NCBI GenBank assembly: GCA_021814165.1
Contig: JAKAIX010000001.1
Location: forward strand, 77,623 to 141,622
DNA from: a bacterium
Lineage (GTDB): Bacteria > Patescibacteriota > Minisyncoccia > UBA6257 > GWB1-50-10
Direction of reading: 5' to 3'
DNA: 64,000 nt
The translations under genes and the position numbers were made by a program. The notes under the pieces were generated by a model. It made no database searches, was not told the DNA's origin, and saw only the letters and a list, made by a program, of their open reading frames with translations. Numbering within the stretch: position 1 is the first letter of the stretch; the number at the start of each line of letters is the position of its first letter. Shown piece after piece: positions 1 to 9,975 of this stretch.

Positions 1-182
1 CGAGAGTGGTCTCGATAACTCGTTTACGTAAGCATCCGCGATATGAGAAAACCTATAAGATTACCACGCGTCTCAAGGCGCACGACGAGAAGGACGAATA
101 TAAAACGGGGGATAAGGTAATTATTCGTGAAACAAGACCGCTGTCGAAGGATAAAAGATGGGTCATAATCAGTAAGGCATAA
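1..182 (+). CDS. rpsQ: 30S ribosomal protein S17 (C-terminal part; gene starts upstream of window)
   Basis: Frame 3 reads ...HPRYEKTYKITTRLKAHDEKDEYKTGDKVIIRETRPLSKDKRWVIISKA*, a typical S17 C-terminus, sitting directly upstream of rplN. Confidence 0.85.
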   Translation, partial: RVVSITRLRKHPRYEKTYKITTRLKAHDEKDEYKTGDKVIIRETRPLSKDKRWVIISKA

Positions 183-186
183 TAAC

Positions 187-558
187 ATGATTCAAGAACG
201 TTCTATTTTAAAAGTTGCTGATAACAGCGGGGCAAAAATCGTCCGCTGCTTCAGAGTTCTTGGAGGAGGAAGGAAACGATATGCCGAGGTAGGGGATATC
301 ATTATCGCATCGGTACAGGTTGCGGAACCGAGGAAACAAATCAAGAAGAAGGACATCGTCCGTGCGCTCGTTGTGCGGCAGAGGAAACCGCTTCGCCGCT
401 CTGACGGTTCGTATGTTCGTTTCGGCGATAACGCCGTGGTTATCATTGATAAAGACAAAAAAGAACCGAAAGCGACCCGCATCTTTGGTCCGATTCCACG
501 GGAAATAAAAGCGTTCGGCTACGACGCGATAACGTCGCTTGCGGAAGAGCTTGTGTAA
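187..558 (+). CDS. rplN: 50S ribosomal protein L14
   Basis: MIQERSILKVADNSGAKIVRCFRVLGGG... is the canonical L14 N-terminus, in operon context. Confidence 0.95.
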   Translation: MIQERSILKVADNSGAKIVRCFRVLGGGRKRYAEVGDIIIASVQVAEPRKQIKKKDIVRALVVRQRKPLRRSDGSYVRFGDNAVVIIDKDKKEPKATRIFGPIPREIKAFGYDAITSLAEELV

Positions 559-562
559 CACT

Positions 563-868
563 ATGAAATTGAAAAAAGGAGACACAGTAAAATTTCTAAT
601 CGGTAAGGATCGCGGGAAGACCGGGAAGGTGCTTCGCGTTGACACGAAGGAAGGAATGGTTCTTGTCGAGGGATTACACATGTTTAAAAAGCACGTGCGA
701 CCGAAGCGGCAGGGAGATAAAGGGGAGGTAGTATCGCTCGCGAGGCCGGTTAACGCTTCCAATGTGATGTTGGTGTGCCCTTCTTGCCACGCTGCAACGA
801 GAATTGGGCGCAAAATTTCGGACGGCGGGAAGAGCAGGATATGCAAAAAGTGCAAAGCAACAATATGA
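563..868 (+). CDS. rplX: 50S ribosomal protein L24 with a C-terminal C4 zinc ribbon
   Basis: MKLKKGDTVKFLIGKDRGKTGKVLRV... is a KOW-type L24. The C-terminus CPSC...CKKC is unusual for bacterial L24. Start taken at the internal ATG at 563, just after the L14 stop. Confidence 0.85.
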   Translation: MKLKKGDTVKFLIGKDRGKTGKVLRVDTKEGMVLVEGLHMFKKHVRPKRQGDKGEVVSLARPVNASNVMLVCPSCHAATRIGRKISDGGKSRICKKCKATI

Positions 869-1356
869 CGGATACAAAAAAACAGACATACGCGATTGAA
901 AAAATCGTGGTCAATACGGGATTAGGGAGAGCGAGCCAACAGGCGCAGTTCGAGGATAAGATACTTCCGGAGATCGAGAAGGAATTAGCGACGATAGTCG
1001 GTCAGAAGCCCTCGCGCCGCCAGGCAAAGAAGTCCATCGCGGGTTTCAAGAGCCGTGCGGGACAGATTATAGGACTCGCGGCGACGCTTCGCGGTTCCCG
1101 TATGAATGATTTTCTTGAACGCCTCGTAAATCTCGTTCTTCCCCGCGTGAAAGATTTCCGCGGCCTGTCGGAGAAAAACGTGGATGCAAACGGTAATCTT
1201 AATATCGGCCTAAAGGAACAGAGCGTATTTCCTGAAATAGATCTTGAAAAGTCCAAGATGACGTTCGGGATTCAGATAACCATCGTTCCCAGGAAGAAAG
1301 AGAGAGACGCCGCAATTGCTTTCTACCGTCGTTATGGAGTACCATTGAAGAAATAA
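865..1356 (+). CDS. rplE: 50S ribosomal protein L5
   Basis: ...[12 protein letters not shown]...[10 protein letters not shown]... are L5 motifs. The ATG overlaps the L24 stop (ATGA). Confidence 0.9.
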   Translation: MTDTKKQTYAIEKIVVNTGLGRASQQAQFEDKILPEIEKELATIVGQKPSRRQAKKSIAGFKSRAGQIIGLAATLRGSRMNDFLERLVNLVLPRVKDFRGLSEKNVDANGNLNIGLKEQSVFPEIDLEKSKMTFGIQITIVPRKKERDAAIAFYRRYGVPLKK

Positions 1357-1357
1357 T

Positions 1358-1543
1358 ATGGCGAAGAAATCGGTCATCGCGAGAGCAAAAAAGAAACCGA
1401 AGTTCAGCACCAGAGTAGTTCTCCGGTGCTTTCGTTGTGGCAGAAAACGCGGTTATATACGCGATTTCAATCTTTGCCGCATTTGTTTTCGTGAATTGGC
1501 GAGTCGCGGGGAAATCCCGGGGGTAAAAAAAGCGAGTTGGTAA
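1358..1543 (+). CDS. rpsN: 30S ribosomal protein S14 type Z (zinc-binding, 61 aa)
   Basis: [61 protein letters not shown] is the short C4 S14. Confidence 0.93.
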   Translation: MAKKSVIARAKKKPKFSTRVVLRCFRCGRKRGYIRDFNLCRICFRELASRGEIPGVKKASW

Positions 1544-1544
1544 C

Positions 1545-1919
1545 ATGAACTACACCGATTTTGTCATAAAAGTTAAGAATGCGAAGACCGCCGGAAAATC
1601 AACGGTGAAATCCGATGCCACAAAGATGAATAAGGCAATCGTCGAACTTCTTGTAACGCGCGGTTTTGTTAAGAGCGTGGAAGTAAAAGGGAAGGGGACG
1701 AAAAAATACCTCGAGATCGATCTTGGAGGGAAAAAACGGATTCATGCCATAACGTTTTTGAGTAAACCTTCGCTGCATCGCCATGCCGGATACAAAAATT
1801 TCAAAAAAGTGAAAAATGGATTTGGAATGCTTGTCGTTTCGACTCCGAAAGGAATTATGACCGGAGAAACAGCGAGAAAGGAGAAAGTCGGAGGAGAGTT
1901 GCTCTTTGAGATCTGGTAA
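1545..1919 (+). CDS. rpsH: 30S ribosomal protein S8
   Basis: 124 aa with S8-like end ...GMLVVSTPKGIMTGETARKEKVGGELLFEIW. Operon position fits. Confidence 0.9.
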   Translation: MNYTDFVIKVKNAKTAGKSTVKSDATKMNKAIVELLVTRGFVKSVEVKGKGTKKYLEIDLGGKKRIHAITFLSKPSLHRHAGYKNFKKVKNGFGMLVVSTPKGIMTGETARKEKVGGELLFEIW

Positions 1920-1920
1920 C

Positions 1921-2475
1921 ATGAGTAAAATAGGAAAAATGCCAATAACTGTACCGGAGGGGATTACCGTCACGATTGACGGTGGGCTTATCCAGGTAAA
2001 AGGCGCAAAAGGGGAACTCACAATTCCGCTTCTTCAGGGGATTAAGGCATCGATAAACGACTCGACGCTTCTCTTTGAACCGCAGAGCGCCTCGAAACAG
2101 GCGAGAAGCAATTGGGGAACCCAGCGCGCGCTCGTTCAGAATGCCGTCCAGGGACTCACGAAGGGATTCGAAAAAGGACTCATCCTCGAAGGGGTCGGCT
2201 TTCGCATCACGAAAGAAGGCGAAGGGCTTACTTTGAATTTGGGATTCTCGCACCAAGTGAAATACGAACCGCCCAAAGGCATCACGTTCGAGGTGGAAAA
2301 AAATTCCCGGCTTAAGATAAGAGGGATCGATAAAGCGCTCGTCGGTCAGGTTGCCGCCCAGGTTCGTTCGCTCAAGAAACCGGAACCCTACAAAGGAAAG
2401 GGATTCAGATATGACAACGAAATATTGCGAAGGAAAGTCGGGAAGAAAGCGGGTACGAGCGGCTCCGCGGCATAA
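1921..2475 (+). CDS. rplF: 50S ribosomal protein L6
   Basis: MSKIGKMPITVPEGITVTIDGGLIQVKGAKGEL... is an L6 N-terminus. Confidence 0.92.
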   Translation: MSKIGKMPITVPEGITVTIDGGLIQVKGAKGELTIPLLQGIKASINDSTLLFEPQSASKQARSNWGTQRALVQNAVQGLTKGFEKGLILEGVGFRITKEGEGLTLNLGFSHQVKYEPPKGITFEVEKNSRLKIRGIDKALVGQVAAQVRSLKKPEPYKGKGFRYDNEILRRKVGKKAGTSGSAA

Positions 2476-2484
2476 CGCATCACC

Positions 2485-2847
2485 ATGAATAAGACAAAAC
2501 AACTCAATATAAAAAGAACAGCAAGAAAGAGAAGGGTCCGTTCGAAAATTCGAGGAACGGCGGAAAAGCCGCGCCTTTCGGTATATCGGAGCAATACTCA
2601 TATCTATGCCCAACTTATTGATGACGCGAAGAGGGCTACGATTGCTTCCGCGTCTTCCCTTGAAATCAAGCAGGGAACGAAGAAGATAGCGAAATCGGAA
2701 ATTGCAAAAACAGTGGGTGCGGAACTCGCGAAGAAAGGGAAAGCGGCTGGAATCAAGACTGCGGTGTTCGATCGCGGAAGTTATCGGTATCATGGTCGCG
2801 TAAAAGCGCTCGCGGAAGCGGTGCGCGAGGGAGGTATTAATTTCTAA
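2485..2847 (+). CDS. rplR: 50S ribosomal protein L18
   Basis: ...[34 protein letters not shown]... is an L18 signature. Confidence 0.92.
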   Translation: MNKTKQLNIKRTARKRRVRSKIRGTAEKPRLSVYRSNTHIYAQLIDDAKRATIASASSLEIKQGTKKIAKSEIAKTVGAELAKKGKAAGIKTAVFDRGSYRYHGRVKALAEAVREGGINF

Positions 2848-2851
2848 AACT

Positions 2852-3343
2852 ATGGAAAGACAATCGCGTCCGATGCGGGCGAAAAAAAGCGAATTTCAGG
2901 ACAAAGCGCTCGAGATACGAAGAGTGACCAGGGTTGTCGCGGGCGGAAAACGTTTCAGCTTCCGTGCGACCGTCGTGGTAGGCGACATGAAAGGAAGAGT
3001 GGGAGTCGGAATCGCAAAAGGACTCGATGTTGCGGCAGCAGTCGAAAAAGCAAAGCGTCAGGCCCAAAAAGACATGGTGCGCGTTCCCCTAAAAGAGCAG
3101 CGAACGATTCCTCACGATGTCGAGGCGAAATACAGCGCAGCAAAAATCAGAATTAAACCGGCACAGAAAAACCACGGCCTTATCGCGGGTGGCGCTTCCC
3201 GTATCGTGTTGGAGCTTGCGGGAGTAAAGGATGTTTCCGCAAAAATACTCGGACGAACGACGAATAAGCTCACGAATGCGATGGCAACACTTGAAGCACT
3301 TCGCATGCTGGAAAAAGAACAACACGAAATGCAAAGCGAATAA
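2852..3343 (+). CDS. rpsE: 30S ribosomal protein S5
   Basis: ...RVTRVVAGGKRFSFRATVVVGDMKGRVGVGIAKG... are the S5 dsRBD and C-terminal domains. Confidence 0.93.
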   Translation: MERQSRPMRAKKSEFQDKALEIRRVTRVVAGGKRFSFRATVVVGDMKGRVGVGIAKGLDVAAAVEKAKRQAQKDMVRVPLKEQRTIPHDVEAKYSAAKIRIKPAQKNHGLIAGGASRIVLELAGVKDVSAKILGRTTNKLTNAMATLEALRMLEKEQHEMQSE

Positions 3344-3344
3344 T

Positions 3345-3767
3345 ATGCGTGTACACGAACTTGTAACAACCGAAAAAAGGAGGAGGAAAAAACGTCTTGG
3401 GCGGAGCGGTGCCCATGGAAAGACCTCGGGACGCGGACAGAAAGGACAGCGGGCGCGCGCGGGACATAGTGTAAAGCCCGCAGAACGGGATTTAATCCAG
3501 CGCATTCCGAAACTCCGCGGATCAAAAAATAAGAGAAAAAGCGAATCCGCGATCGTGATTCCCGTCGGAATAATCGAGAAACTCGCCGAAAACGGGAAAC
3601 TTACCCGCGCGATATTGGTCTCGAGACGCGTGATAAAAGAAATCCGGAGAAACGTGAAAATAGTAGGCCAGGGGGCCTGCATGAAGCCCGTTATGGTGGA
3701 GGGCATACCCGCTTCCAAAACCGCAAAAGAAAAGATAGAAAAAGCGGGGGGGAGCGTAAAGGCTTAA
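3345..3767 (+). CDS. rplO: 50S ribosomal protein L15 (directly after S5; no L30 gene)
   Basis: MRVHELVTTEKRRRKKRLGRSGAHGKTSGRGQKGQRARAG... is the L15 G-rich N-terminus. The ATG lies 2 nt after the S5 stop. Confidence 0.9.
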   Translation: MRVHELVTTEKRRRKKRLGRSGAHGKTSGRGQKGQRARAGHSVKPAERDLIQRIPKLRGSKNKRKSESAIVIPVGIIEKLAENGKLTRAILVSRRVIKEIRRNVKIVGQGACMKPVMVEGIPASKTAKEKIEKAGGSVKA

Positions 3768-3803
3768 TCGGGAAACTCAAGCAGCACGCACAGAATCTGA
3801 GAT

Positions 3804-5075
3804 ATGAACAAATTCCTCCAAATTTTCAAAATACCGGACTTGAGAAAGAAGGTCCTTATGGTGCTCTTTCTTCTTTTCGTATTTCGTCTTCTTGCCGCGA
3901 TTCCGATCCCGGGCATCGACGCCGTTCGTCTCCAGCAATTTCTCTCCTCGAACGAATTATTCGGATTTCTAAACATTTTTTCGGGTGGAGGCCTTTCAAA
4001 CCTCTCGATTATGATGCTTGGCGTAGGTCCTTATATCACGGCAACCATCATTATGCAGCTTCTCACAATCGTATTTCCGAAATTAAAAAAGGCGTACTAC
4101 GAAGAAGGAGCCGCGGGACAAGCAAAATTCAACCGCATCTCGCGATATCTCACCGTTCCGCTCGCGATGTTTTCGGGGTACGGTTTTCTGAATCTTCTCG
4201 CATCCCAGCGGGTATTGCCGCATCTCTCATTTCTCGAGCTCGTGAATAACGTCATTATCATCACGGCGGGCAGCATTCTTATCATGTGGATAGGAGAACT
4301 CATTTCCGAGTACAAGATAGGAAACGGCATCTCCCTTATTATCTTTGCGGGTATTGTGAGCCGCCTTCCGCAGGAAGCCGCGGCAGCGTTTTTTAACTAC
4401 AATCCGGATATGCTGCCAACCTACATTGCTTTCATATTGTTGAGTATTATCGTGATCGCGGGAGTCGTGTTCGTGAATGAAGGGGAGCGTAAAATTCCCG
4501 TGTCATACGCAAAACAAGTCCGCGGTATGAAGATGTACGGCGGAGTATCGACGTATTTGCCGCTTCGGGTGAATCAGGCGGGCGTGATTCCAATCATCTT
4601 CGCAATTTCTCTCCTCCTTTTTCCTCAATTCTTCGCACAGATGATTTCGATTGCCTCTCCGTCTCTTTCGCTCAAATTGAATGCATGGGTGACCGGTTTT
4701 TTCAACAACGTCCCGCTTTACAGTTTGATCTACTTCATTCTCGTCGTGCTTTTTACCTACTTCTACACGGCAATTACATTTGATCCGGGAGAAATCTCGA
4801 AGAACCTTCAGCGAAACGGGGGATTCATTCCCGGAATCAGACCGGGACAGGCAACCACCGACACCATCGCGAAAATTACGCGTCGTATTACGCTCTTCGG
4901 CGCTCTCTTTCTCGGTGCCATTGCCATCCTCCCGAACATCACGCAGATTGTGACCGGTATCCAGGCGCTCACGATTGGCGGCACGGCGCTCCTCATCGTA
5001 GTCGCCGTTGCACTCGAAATCATGAAACAAATAGAATCCCAGCTTACGGTAAGGGAATACGAGGGGATTTTCTAA
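3804..5075 (+). CDS. secY: Preprotein translocase subunit SecY
   Basis: 423-aa multi-TM protein starting [29 protein letters not shown]...; SecY follows L15 in the operon. Confidence 0.93.
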   Translation: MNKFLQIFKIPDLRKKVLMVLFLLFVFRLLAAIPIPGIDAVRLQQFLSSNELFGFLNIFSGGGLSNLSIMMLGVGPYITATIIMQLLTIVFPKLKKAYYEEGAAGQAKFNRISRYLTVPLAMFSGYGFLNLLASQRVLPHLSFLELVNNVIIITAGSILIMWIGELISEYKIGNGISLIIFAGIVSRLPQEAAAAFFNYNPDMLPTYIAFILLSIIVIAGVVFVNEGERKIPVSYAKQVRGMKMYGGVSTYLPLRVNQAGVIPIIFAISLLLFPQFFAQMISIASPSLSLKLNAWVTGFFNNVPLYSLIYFILVVLFTYFYTAITFDPGEISKNLQRNGGFIPGIRPGQATTDTIAKITRRITLFGALFLGAIAILPNITQIVTGIQALTIGGTALLIVVAVALEIMKQIESQLTVREYEGIF

Positions 5076-5076
5076 T

Positions 5077-5769
5077 ATGAAGGGGAGCAAAAAGGCAGTG
5101 ATTCTTTATGGGCCGCCGGGTTCGGGAAAAGGAACTCAGGCGGAGCTTCTCGTGCGACGTTACGGATTTTTCCACTTCGACACCGGTCAATATCTCCGCC
5201 GCCTCCTAAACGACCCGAAGAATAAAAACAACAAAGAGATTCAGAGAGAGAAGAAGTTGAACGAAGAAGGCACACTCAACACCCCTTCGTTCGTCCTCAA
5301 ACGAGTGAGAGAAGAAACGCGCCGGATTTCCCGGATGGGTCTAAGCATCACCTATAGCGGATCGCCGCGGACGCTTTTCGAAGCCTTCGGCGACGTCAAA
5401 CACGAAGGTCTTCTCGCTCTGTTAAAAAAAGAATATGGGACGAAGAACGTGTTTATTATCCAACTTCTCGTGAATTCCGCTTCCGCCGCAAAGCGAAACG
5501 CCGGTCGGCTTATGTGCGCCGTCTGCGGTTTGCCGATCCTTGCCGCCTCGAAAACAACAACATGTTCATTTTGCGGCGCACCGGCAAAACGGAGGGTAGA
5601 CGACGATCCGAAAATTTTTGCACACCGCATCGAAGAATACAAAAAACGTACATTCCCCATTCTTACAAAGGCGATTGCACGAGGCTACGCCATCAAAAAG
5701 ATAAACGGGGAACCGGCACCCTATCGCGTTCATGATGCGATAGCCGCATACCTGGAAAAGGCACACTAA
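5077..5769 (+). CDS. adk: Adenylate kinase (long form with insertion and C4 LID)
   Basis: P-loop [11 protein letters not shown] and zinc LID CAVCG...CSFCG. A ~50-aa Lys/Glu-rich insertion follows the NMP-binding region. Confidence 0.85.
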   Translation: MKGSKKAVILYGPPGSGKGTQAELLVRRYGFFHFDTGQYLRRLLNDPKNKNNKEIQREKKLNEEGTLNTPSFVLKRVREETRRISRMGLSITYSGSPRTLFEAFGDVKHEGLLALLKKEYGTKNVFIIQLLVNSASAAKRNAGRLMCAVCGLPILAASKTTTCSFCGAPAKRRVDDDPKIFAHRIEEYKKRTFPILTKAIARGYAIKKINGEPAPYRVHDAIAAYLEKAH

Positions 5770-6533
5770 TGATTTCCCTAAAAGGTGAGAAAGATATCGA
5801 ATTGCTTCGCGATTCGGGGAAGATTCTTGTTAAGATTCTTCTCGCGCTTAAAGAAAAATCGATCGCCGGCACGAATCTCCTCGAACTCGAGACGACGGCA
5901 CGCGACATGCTCCGCGAAGCGGGCGCAACCTCGGCGTTTTTGAACTACAAGCCCGAAGGTGCTTCACGTCCGTATCCCGCGGTGCTTTGCACTTCACTGA
6001 ACGAGCAGGTGGTGCACGGCATACCGTTCGATTACTCCCTGAAGGAAGGCGATGTTCTGAAGATCGATTTCGGCGTCGTTTATAAGGAACGGATAACCGA
6101 CGCAGCGATTACCATCCCGATAGGCAAGGTAACGAACGCCGCAAAAGAGCTCGTGAAGACTACCGAAGAATCTCTTCAAAAAGGAATTGCCGCCGCGAAG
6201 GCGAAAGGCGCGCGTTTGGGTGATATCGGGTGGGCGATAGAACACGAGGTTGAAGGACAAGGGTTTTCGGTTGTCGACGGACTCACCGGGCACGGCGTCG
6301 GCTTTAAACTCCACGAAGATCCGAACGTCTATAATTACGGCCAAAAAGGAGAAGGAATGATACTTAAGGAAGGGCTGGTAATTGCGATAGAACCGATGGT
6401 GAGCGCGGGTTCTTCACAGATTATCCAGAGAGAAGACGGGAGTTACCAGACGAAAGACGGGGCCCTAAGCGCTCATTTTGAAAAAACAATCGCCATTACA
6501 AAAAATGGCGTCGAGATACTTACTACCTTTTAG
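5769..6533 (+). CDS. map: Methionine aminopeptidase type I
   Basis: Pita-bread metal-ligand motifs (DFGVVYKERITDAA, GHGVGFKLHEDP, IAIEPM). Operon position after adk. Confidence 0.9.
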   Translation: MISLKGEKDIELLRDSGKILVKILLALKEKSIAGTNLLELETTARDMLREAGATSAFLNYKPEGASRPYPAVLCTSLNEQVVHGIPFDYSLKEGDVLKIDFGVVYKERITDAAITIPIGKVTNAAKELVKTTEESLQKGIAAAKAKGARLGDIGWAIEHEVEGQGFSVVDGLTGHGVGFKLHEDPNVYNYGQKGEGMILKEGLVIAIEPMVSAGSSQIIQREDGSYQTKDGALSAHFEKTIAITKNGVEILTTF

Positions 6534-6548
6534 CTATTCCTTTTTTAT

Positions 6549-6629
6549 CCCGAACTCCATTCTTCTGAACGAGGGTAAGACTTGGCCAAGCGGCCCGGAG
6601 CGCCCGAGTGAAGGAAAATGGAGTTCGGG
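6549..6629. repeat. Conserved-core hairpin element, family B copy 1, + orientation
   Basis: Arms cccgaactccatt / aatggagttcggg flank the core GAACGAGGGTAAGACTTGGCCAAGCGGCCCGGAGCGCCCGAG. The same core recurs at 36290, 40415 and 43938. Confidence 0.8.
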
Positions 6630-6631
6630 GT

Positions 6632-8713
6632 TTATTCTTCCTTGTCTCCGCTCTTATCTTCGTCTGCGTCCCCGTCACCATCACCATCCTCGCCGTCCTT
6701 ATTCTCCGGTTTCGTCCAGCTTGCAAAATCACACTCCGGATAACGGTTGCATCCGTAAAAAAACCTTCCCCGCTTTGTCCTCCTCCGAATTACCCTTCCC
6801 GTCCCGCACTTGGGACATGGCCCCAGATCGTTCGATCCCGTGGGAGCAAGTGATTTGGTGCTCTTGCACTCCGGAAAGCCCGTACAGGCCAAAAATCGCC
6901 CAAAACGGCCCGTTTTTATGGCCATCGGCTTGCCACATCTTTCGCAAACCTCGTCTGTGGACTCTTGGGGCGCCAAGGCCTCTTTTTGGACACTCTCGTA
7001 TTTCTTCTCAAGATGTTTCTTAAAAGGTTCATAGAATTCGCGTATGGTATCCCGCCATCTTCTTTTTCCCTCGGCGACTTCGTCAAGCTCCTCTTCCATG
7101 TGCGCAGTAAACCCGAGATCGACGATCTCGGGAAAGTGTTCCGTAAGCACCTTGTTCACCAGAAGTCCTATTTCCGTCGGTTCGAAACGGCGCTCCGGGT
7201 TCTTTTGGACATAATTTCTGCTCTGAATAACCGAGATGATGGGAGCGTACGTGGAAGGCCGCCCGATCCCGTTCGCTTCGAGTGTTTTAATCAGACTTGC
7301 TTCGTTATAACGCGCAGGGGGTTCGGTAAAATGCTGCTCGGGTTTTACCTCCGAAAATCGCAGCGCTTCTCCTTTTTTGAGTGCGGGAAGAAGCCTTTCT
7401 TCGAACGTTTGATTCCACACTCTCAAAAATCCGTCGAAGCGCATTGTCGCCCCGTTTGCCTTGAGTGTAAACGTGTCATCTCCATTCCTCGCTTCGACGA
7501 GAACGCTTGTAAGCGCGAAAATTGCCGGGGGGAGTTGAGAAGCCATGAATCTGCGCCAGATCAGGTCATATAGTTTCTTTTCCTTTGCGTCCTCGAGCGT
7601 AATGGAAACGGGATCGAGGAGGGGATTCGTCGGACGTATTGCTTCGTGCGCTTCTTGTGCAAGACGCGATTTTGTTTTGAACACCCGGGGAGCTTCCAAA
7701 AGATAATTCTTGCCGAACTTCTCGCCGATGTATTTCTGCGCGATATGAAGCGATTCCGTCGAGAGATTCACCGAATCGGTGCGCATATAGGTGATGAAGC
7801 CGTTCTCATAAAGTCTCTGTGCAAGCATCATCGTCTGTTTTGCACTCATGTGAAGGCGACGGTTCGCCTCTTGTTGAAGCGTACTTGTAATAAACGGCGG
7901 GAGGGGATTGCGTTTCATTTCTTTCTCCTCGATCGCAATCACGGAGTATGTCGCGTTTTTCAGCTTCTCCGCGATCGCCGTCGCATCGGCCTTGTTCCGA
8001 ATCGTGAATTTCTCGAACGGTTCTCCCCCGATTTTAAAAAGTGAGGCTTCAAATACGTTCTCTTTCGTATTCTCGGGAGAGAGTATTACGCGGATCGTCC
8101 AATATTCTTCCGGTTTGAAGCGCTTAATCTCTTCTTCCCGTTCCACAATAAGCCGCAGAGCGACCGATTGCACCCGGCCGGCGGAAAGTCCCCGCACGAT
8201 CTTCTTCCAAAGAAAAGGGGAAAGTTCGTATCCCACAAGGCGGTCCAAGACGCGCCTTGCTTGCTGGGCGTCCACGAGATGCAGGTTGAGCGCTCTCGGA
8301 TGTTTCAACGCGTCCTGAATCGCGGACTCCGTAATTTCATGAAATACGATACGCTCGACCGGAATATCTTTCTTGACTTGGGATTTGGAACTTTTGATTT
8401 GAAAACCCCCAAGCTCAAGAGCTTGGGTAAGATGCCACGCGATGGCTTCTCCCTCCCGGTCTTCGTCGGTTGCGAGAATAACTTCATCCGCTTTCACCGC
8501 AAGTTTTTTTAAAGCGGTGACGTTCTTCTTCGCCTTCATCGGAATGATATAATGCGGTTCGAAGTCGTGCTCGATATCGATGCCGATCTTGCTCTTCGGC
8601 AGGTCCCTGATATGCCCGTAGGAAGATTCTACATGAAACCCCTCTCCCAGGAATTTGCCTATCGTTTTGGCTTTGGTGGGGCTTTCAACGATGACTAATT
8701 TCGTCTGTTTCAT
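6632..8713 (-). CDS. topA: DNA topoisomerase I
   Basis: Toprim N-terminus MKQTKLVIVESPTKAKTIGKFLG, C-terminal CxxC zinc ribbons and an acidic DGEDGDGDGDADEDK tail. Confidence 0.93.
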   Translation of the reverse strand: MKQTKLVIVESPTKAKTIGKFLGEGFHVESSYGHIRDLPKSKIGIDIEHDFEPHYIIPMKAKKNVTALKKLAVKADEVILATDEDREGEAIAWHLTQALELGGFQIKSSKSQVKKDIPVERIVFHEITESAIQDALKHPRALNLHLVDAQQARRVLDRLVGYELSPFLWKKIVRGLSAGRVQSVALRLIVEREEEIKRFKPEEYWTIRVILSPENTKENVFEASLFKIGGEPFEKFTIRNKADATAIAEKLKNATYSVIAIEEKEMKRNPLPPFITSTLQQEANRRLHMSAKQTMMLAQRLYENGFITYMRTDSVNLSTESLHIAQKYIGEKFGKNYLLEAPRVFKTKSRLAQEAHEAIRPTNPLLDPVSITLEDAKEKKLYDLIWRRFMASQLPPAIFALTSVLVEARNGDDTFTLKANGATMRFDGFLRVWNQTFEERLLPALKKGEALRFSEVKPEQHFTEPPARYNEASLIKTLEANGIGRPSTYAPIISVIQSRNYVQKNPERRFEPTEIGLLVNKVLTEHFPEIVDLGFTAHMEEELDEVAEGKRRWRDTIREFYEPFKKHLEKKYESVQKEALAPQESTDEVCERCGKPMAIKTGRFGRFLACTGFPECKSTKSLAPTGSNDLGPCPKCGTGRVIRRRTKRGRFFYGCNRYPECDFASWTKPENKDGEDGDGDGDADEDKSGDKEE

Positions 8714-9606
8714 GATTTCGCTATGGAAAACGTCCCGTGTAATTCCTCAATCTTTCCCTCCAATATAAGAAGAGAAAGCTCCTGATTCACTCGTTGTGTC
8801 TCAAGATGGGTCATTTCCGAGATGTTGTCAACCGTAAGAGGCGAAGAGGCCTCTTTGATGGCCCGGAAAACCGGAGATGTTTCTTTTTCCTCATGGCCCC
8901 TCTCCCGTTCTTTTTCCGGAACGGCAAGCACGCCTTCGTATGCCTTCAAGGCTTCTTCAAGATCGTGCGCGATGTCCTTTGCGCTTGTCACAAGTCGTGC
9001 TCCCTCCCGTATGAGCATGTGCGATCCCTGATAATTCCTGTGACGGACCGGTCCGGGCACCACGAAGACTTCGCGCCCTTGCTCGAGCGCGAAACGCGCC
9101 GTCGCAAGCGATCCCGATCTCATGGGCGCTTCGACGACGATTGTCGCGATGCTCATTCCGCTTATGATCCTGTTTCGTTCGAGGAATTGATGCCGTAGGG
9201 GAGCGATACCTTCCGGGTATTCCGAGCAGATAGCGCCGCTTTGCGCAACAATCGACTCCGCAAGATGTTCATGGAGCAGGGGATACACGGTATCGAGGCC
9301 GTTCGCAAGAACCGCAATCGTATTTCCTCCTCCCTGAAGCGCGCCTTCGTGCGCCGCGCCATCGATGCCGATTGCAAGTCCGCTCACGATGGTAATGCCT
9401 GCTTTCGCGAGATCATAGGCAATCTGTTTTGCGATAAGTTTCCCGTCTTGTGTCGCTTTCCTCGTACCGACGATTGCAACGCATATGCACGGGGAAGGAA
9501 ACGAGCCTTTTACGAAAAGCGTCGCGGGAGGGCTCGGTATTTCACGAAGCAGTTTCGGATACTCCTCCTCCGAATATGAGATGTGATGAATAGGAGAAAT
9601 CGGCAT
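8710..9606 (-). CDS. dprA: DNA processing protein DprA/Smf
   Basis: YPKLLREIPSPPATLFVKG...GTRKAT...GLAIGIDGAAHEGAL... is the DprA Rossmann domain. Start is set at the internal Met at 9606 because the longer ORF would overlap tRNA-Ile. Confidence 0.85.
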   Translation of the reverse strand: MPISPIHHISYSEEEYPKLLREIPSPPATLFVKGSFPSPCICVAIVGTRKATQDGKLIAKQIAYDLAKAGITIVSGLAIGIDGAAHEGALQGGGNTIAVLANGLDTVYPLLHEHLAESIVAQSGAICSEYPEGIAPLRHQFLERNRIISGMSIATIVVEAPMRSGSLATARFALEQGREVFVVPGPVRHRNYQGSHMLIREGARLVTSAKDIAHDLEEALKAYEGVLAVPEKERERGHEEKETSPVFRAIKEASSPLTVDNISEMTHLETQRVNQELSLLILEGKIEELHGTFSIAKS

Positions 9607-9638
9607 AACAATAACGATATCCAAAAACTGCCTTATTT

Positions 9639-9713
9639 TGGTGGGCATGGAAGGAATCGAACCTTCGACCTCTGTCTTATCAGGACAGCGTTCTACCACT
9701 GAACTACATGCCC
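9639..9713 (-). tRNA. tRNA-Ile (anticodon GAT), CCA encoded
   Basis: Reverse complement is GGGCATGTAGTTCAGTGGTAGAACGCTGTCCTGATAAGACAGAGGTCGAAGGTTCGATTCCTTCCATGCCCACCA. All four arms pair and the anticodon loop is CTGATAA. Confidence 0.9.
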
Positions 9714-9975
9714 GTATTCTTTATAAATCCATCTTTTACTATCTTATCAATATAATCCTTTCGCTTTAGTTTTTTCAACCTCAATTCTATTTTCCTGGCA
9801 ATCTACAAGCTTGGAAATTTTTGAACAAAAACTAATTTTTTTTCGTCCATTCTCCTTGTTGTTTGAGTATGACCGTGCTGGTGTTGATACCATCTTCTAT
9901 AAATATCATTAGTACTTCCAATGTACAATCTATTGTTCGTACCATCTTTAATAATATAAACAAAGCCATCCATAG

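Noticed and set aside
208-855. 215-aa ORF on the minus strand across rplN/rplX
   Set aside because: It is antisense to highly conserved ribosomal-protein genes and has no motif. This is a typical shadow ORF.
6567-6609. Twister-type self-cleaving ribozyme for the family B core
   Set aside because: There is only partial resemblance (UAA..GCCAA.GC..GG). The required pseudoknots and conserved nucleotides cannot be verified by eye, so it is kept only as a hypothesis to test.
6478-7023. 181-aa + strand ORF, and others at 6965-7573 and 7646-8318, inside topA
   Set aside because: These are antisense to a well-supported topoisomerase I gene. They are Pro/Ser/Arg-rich with no start context.
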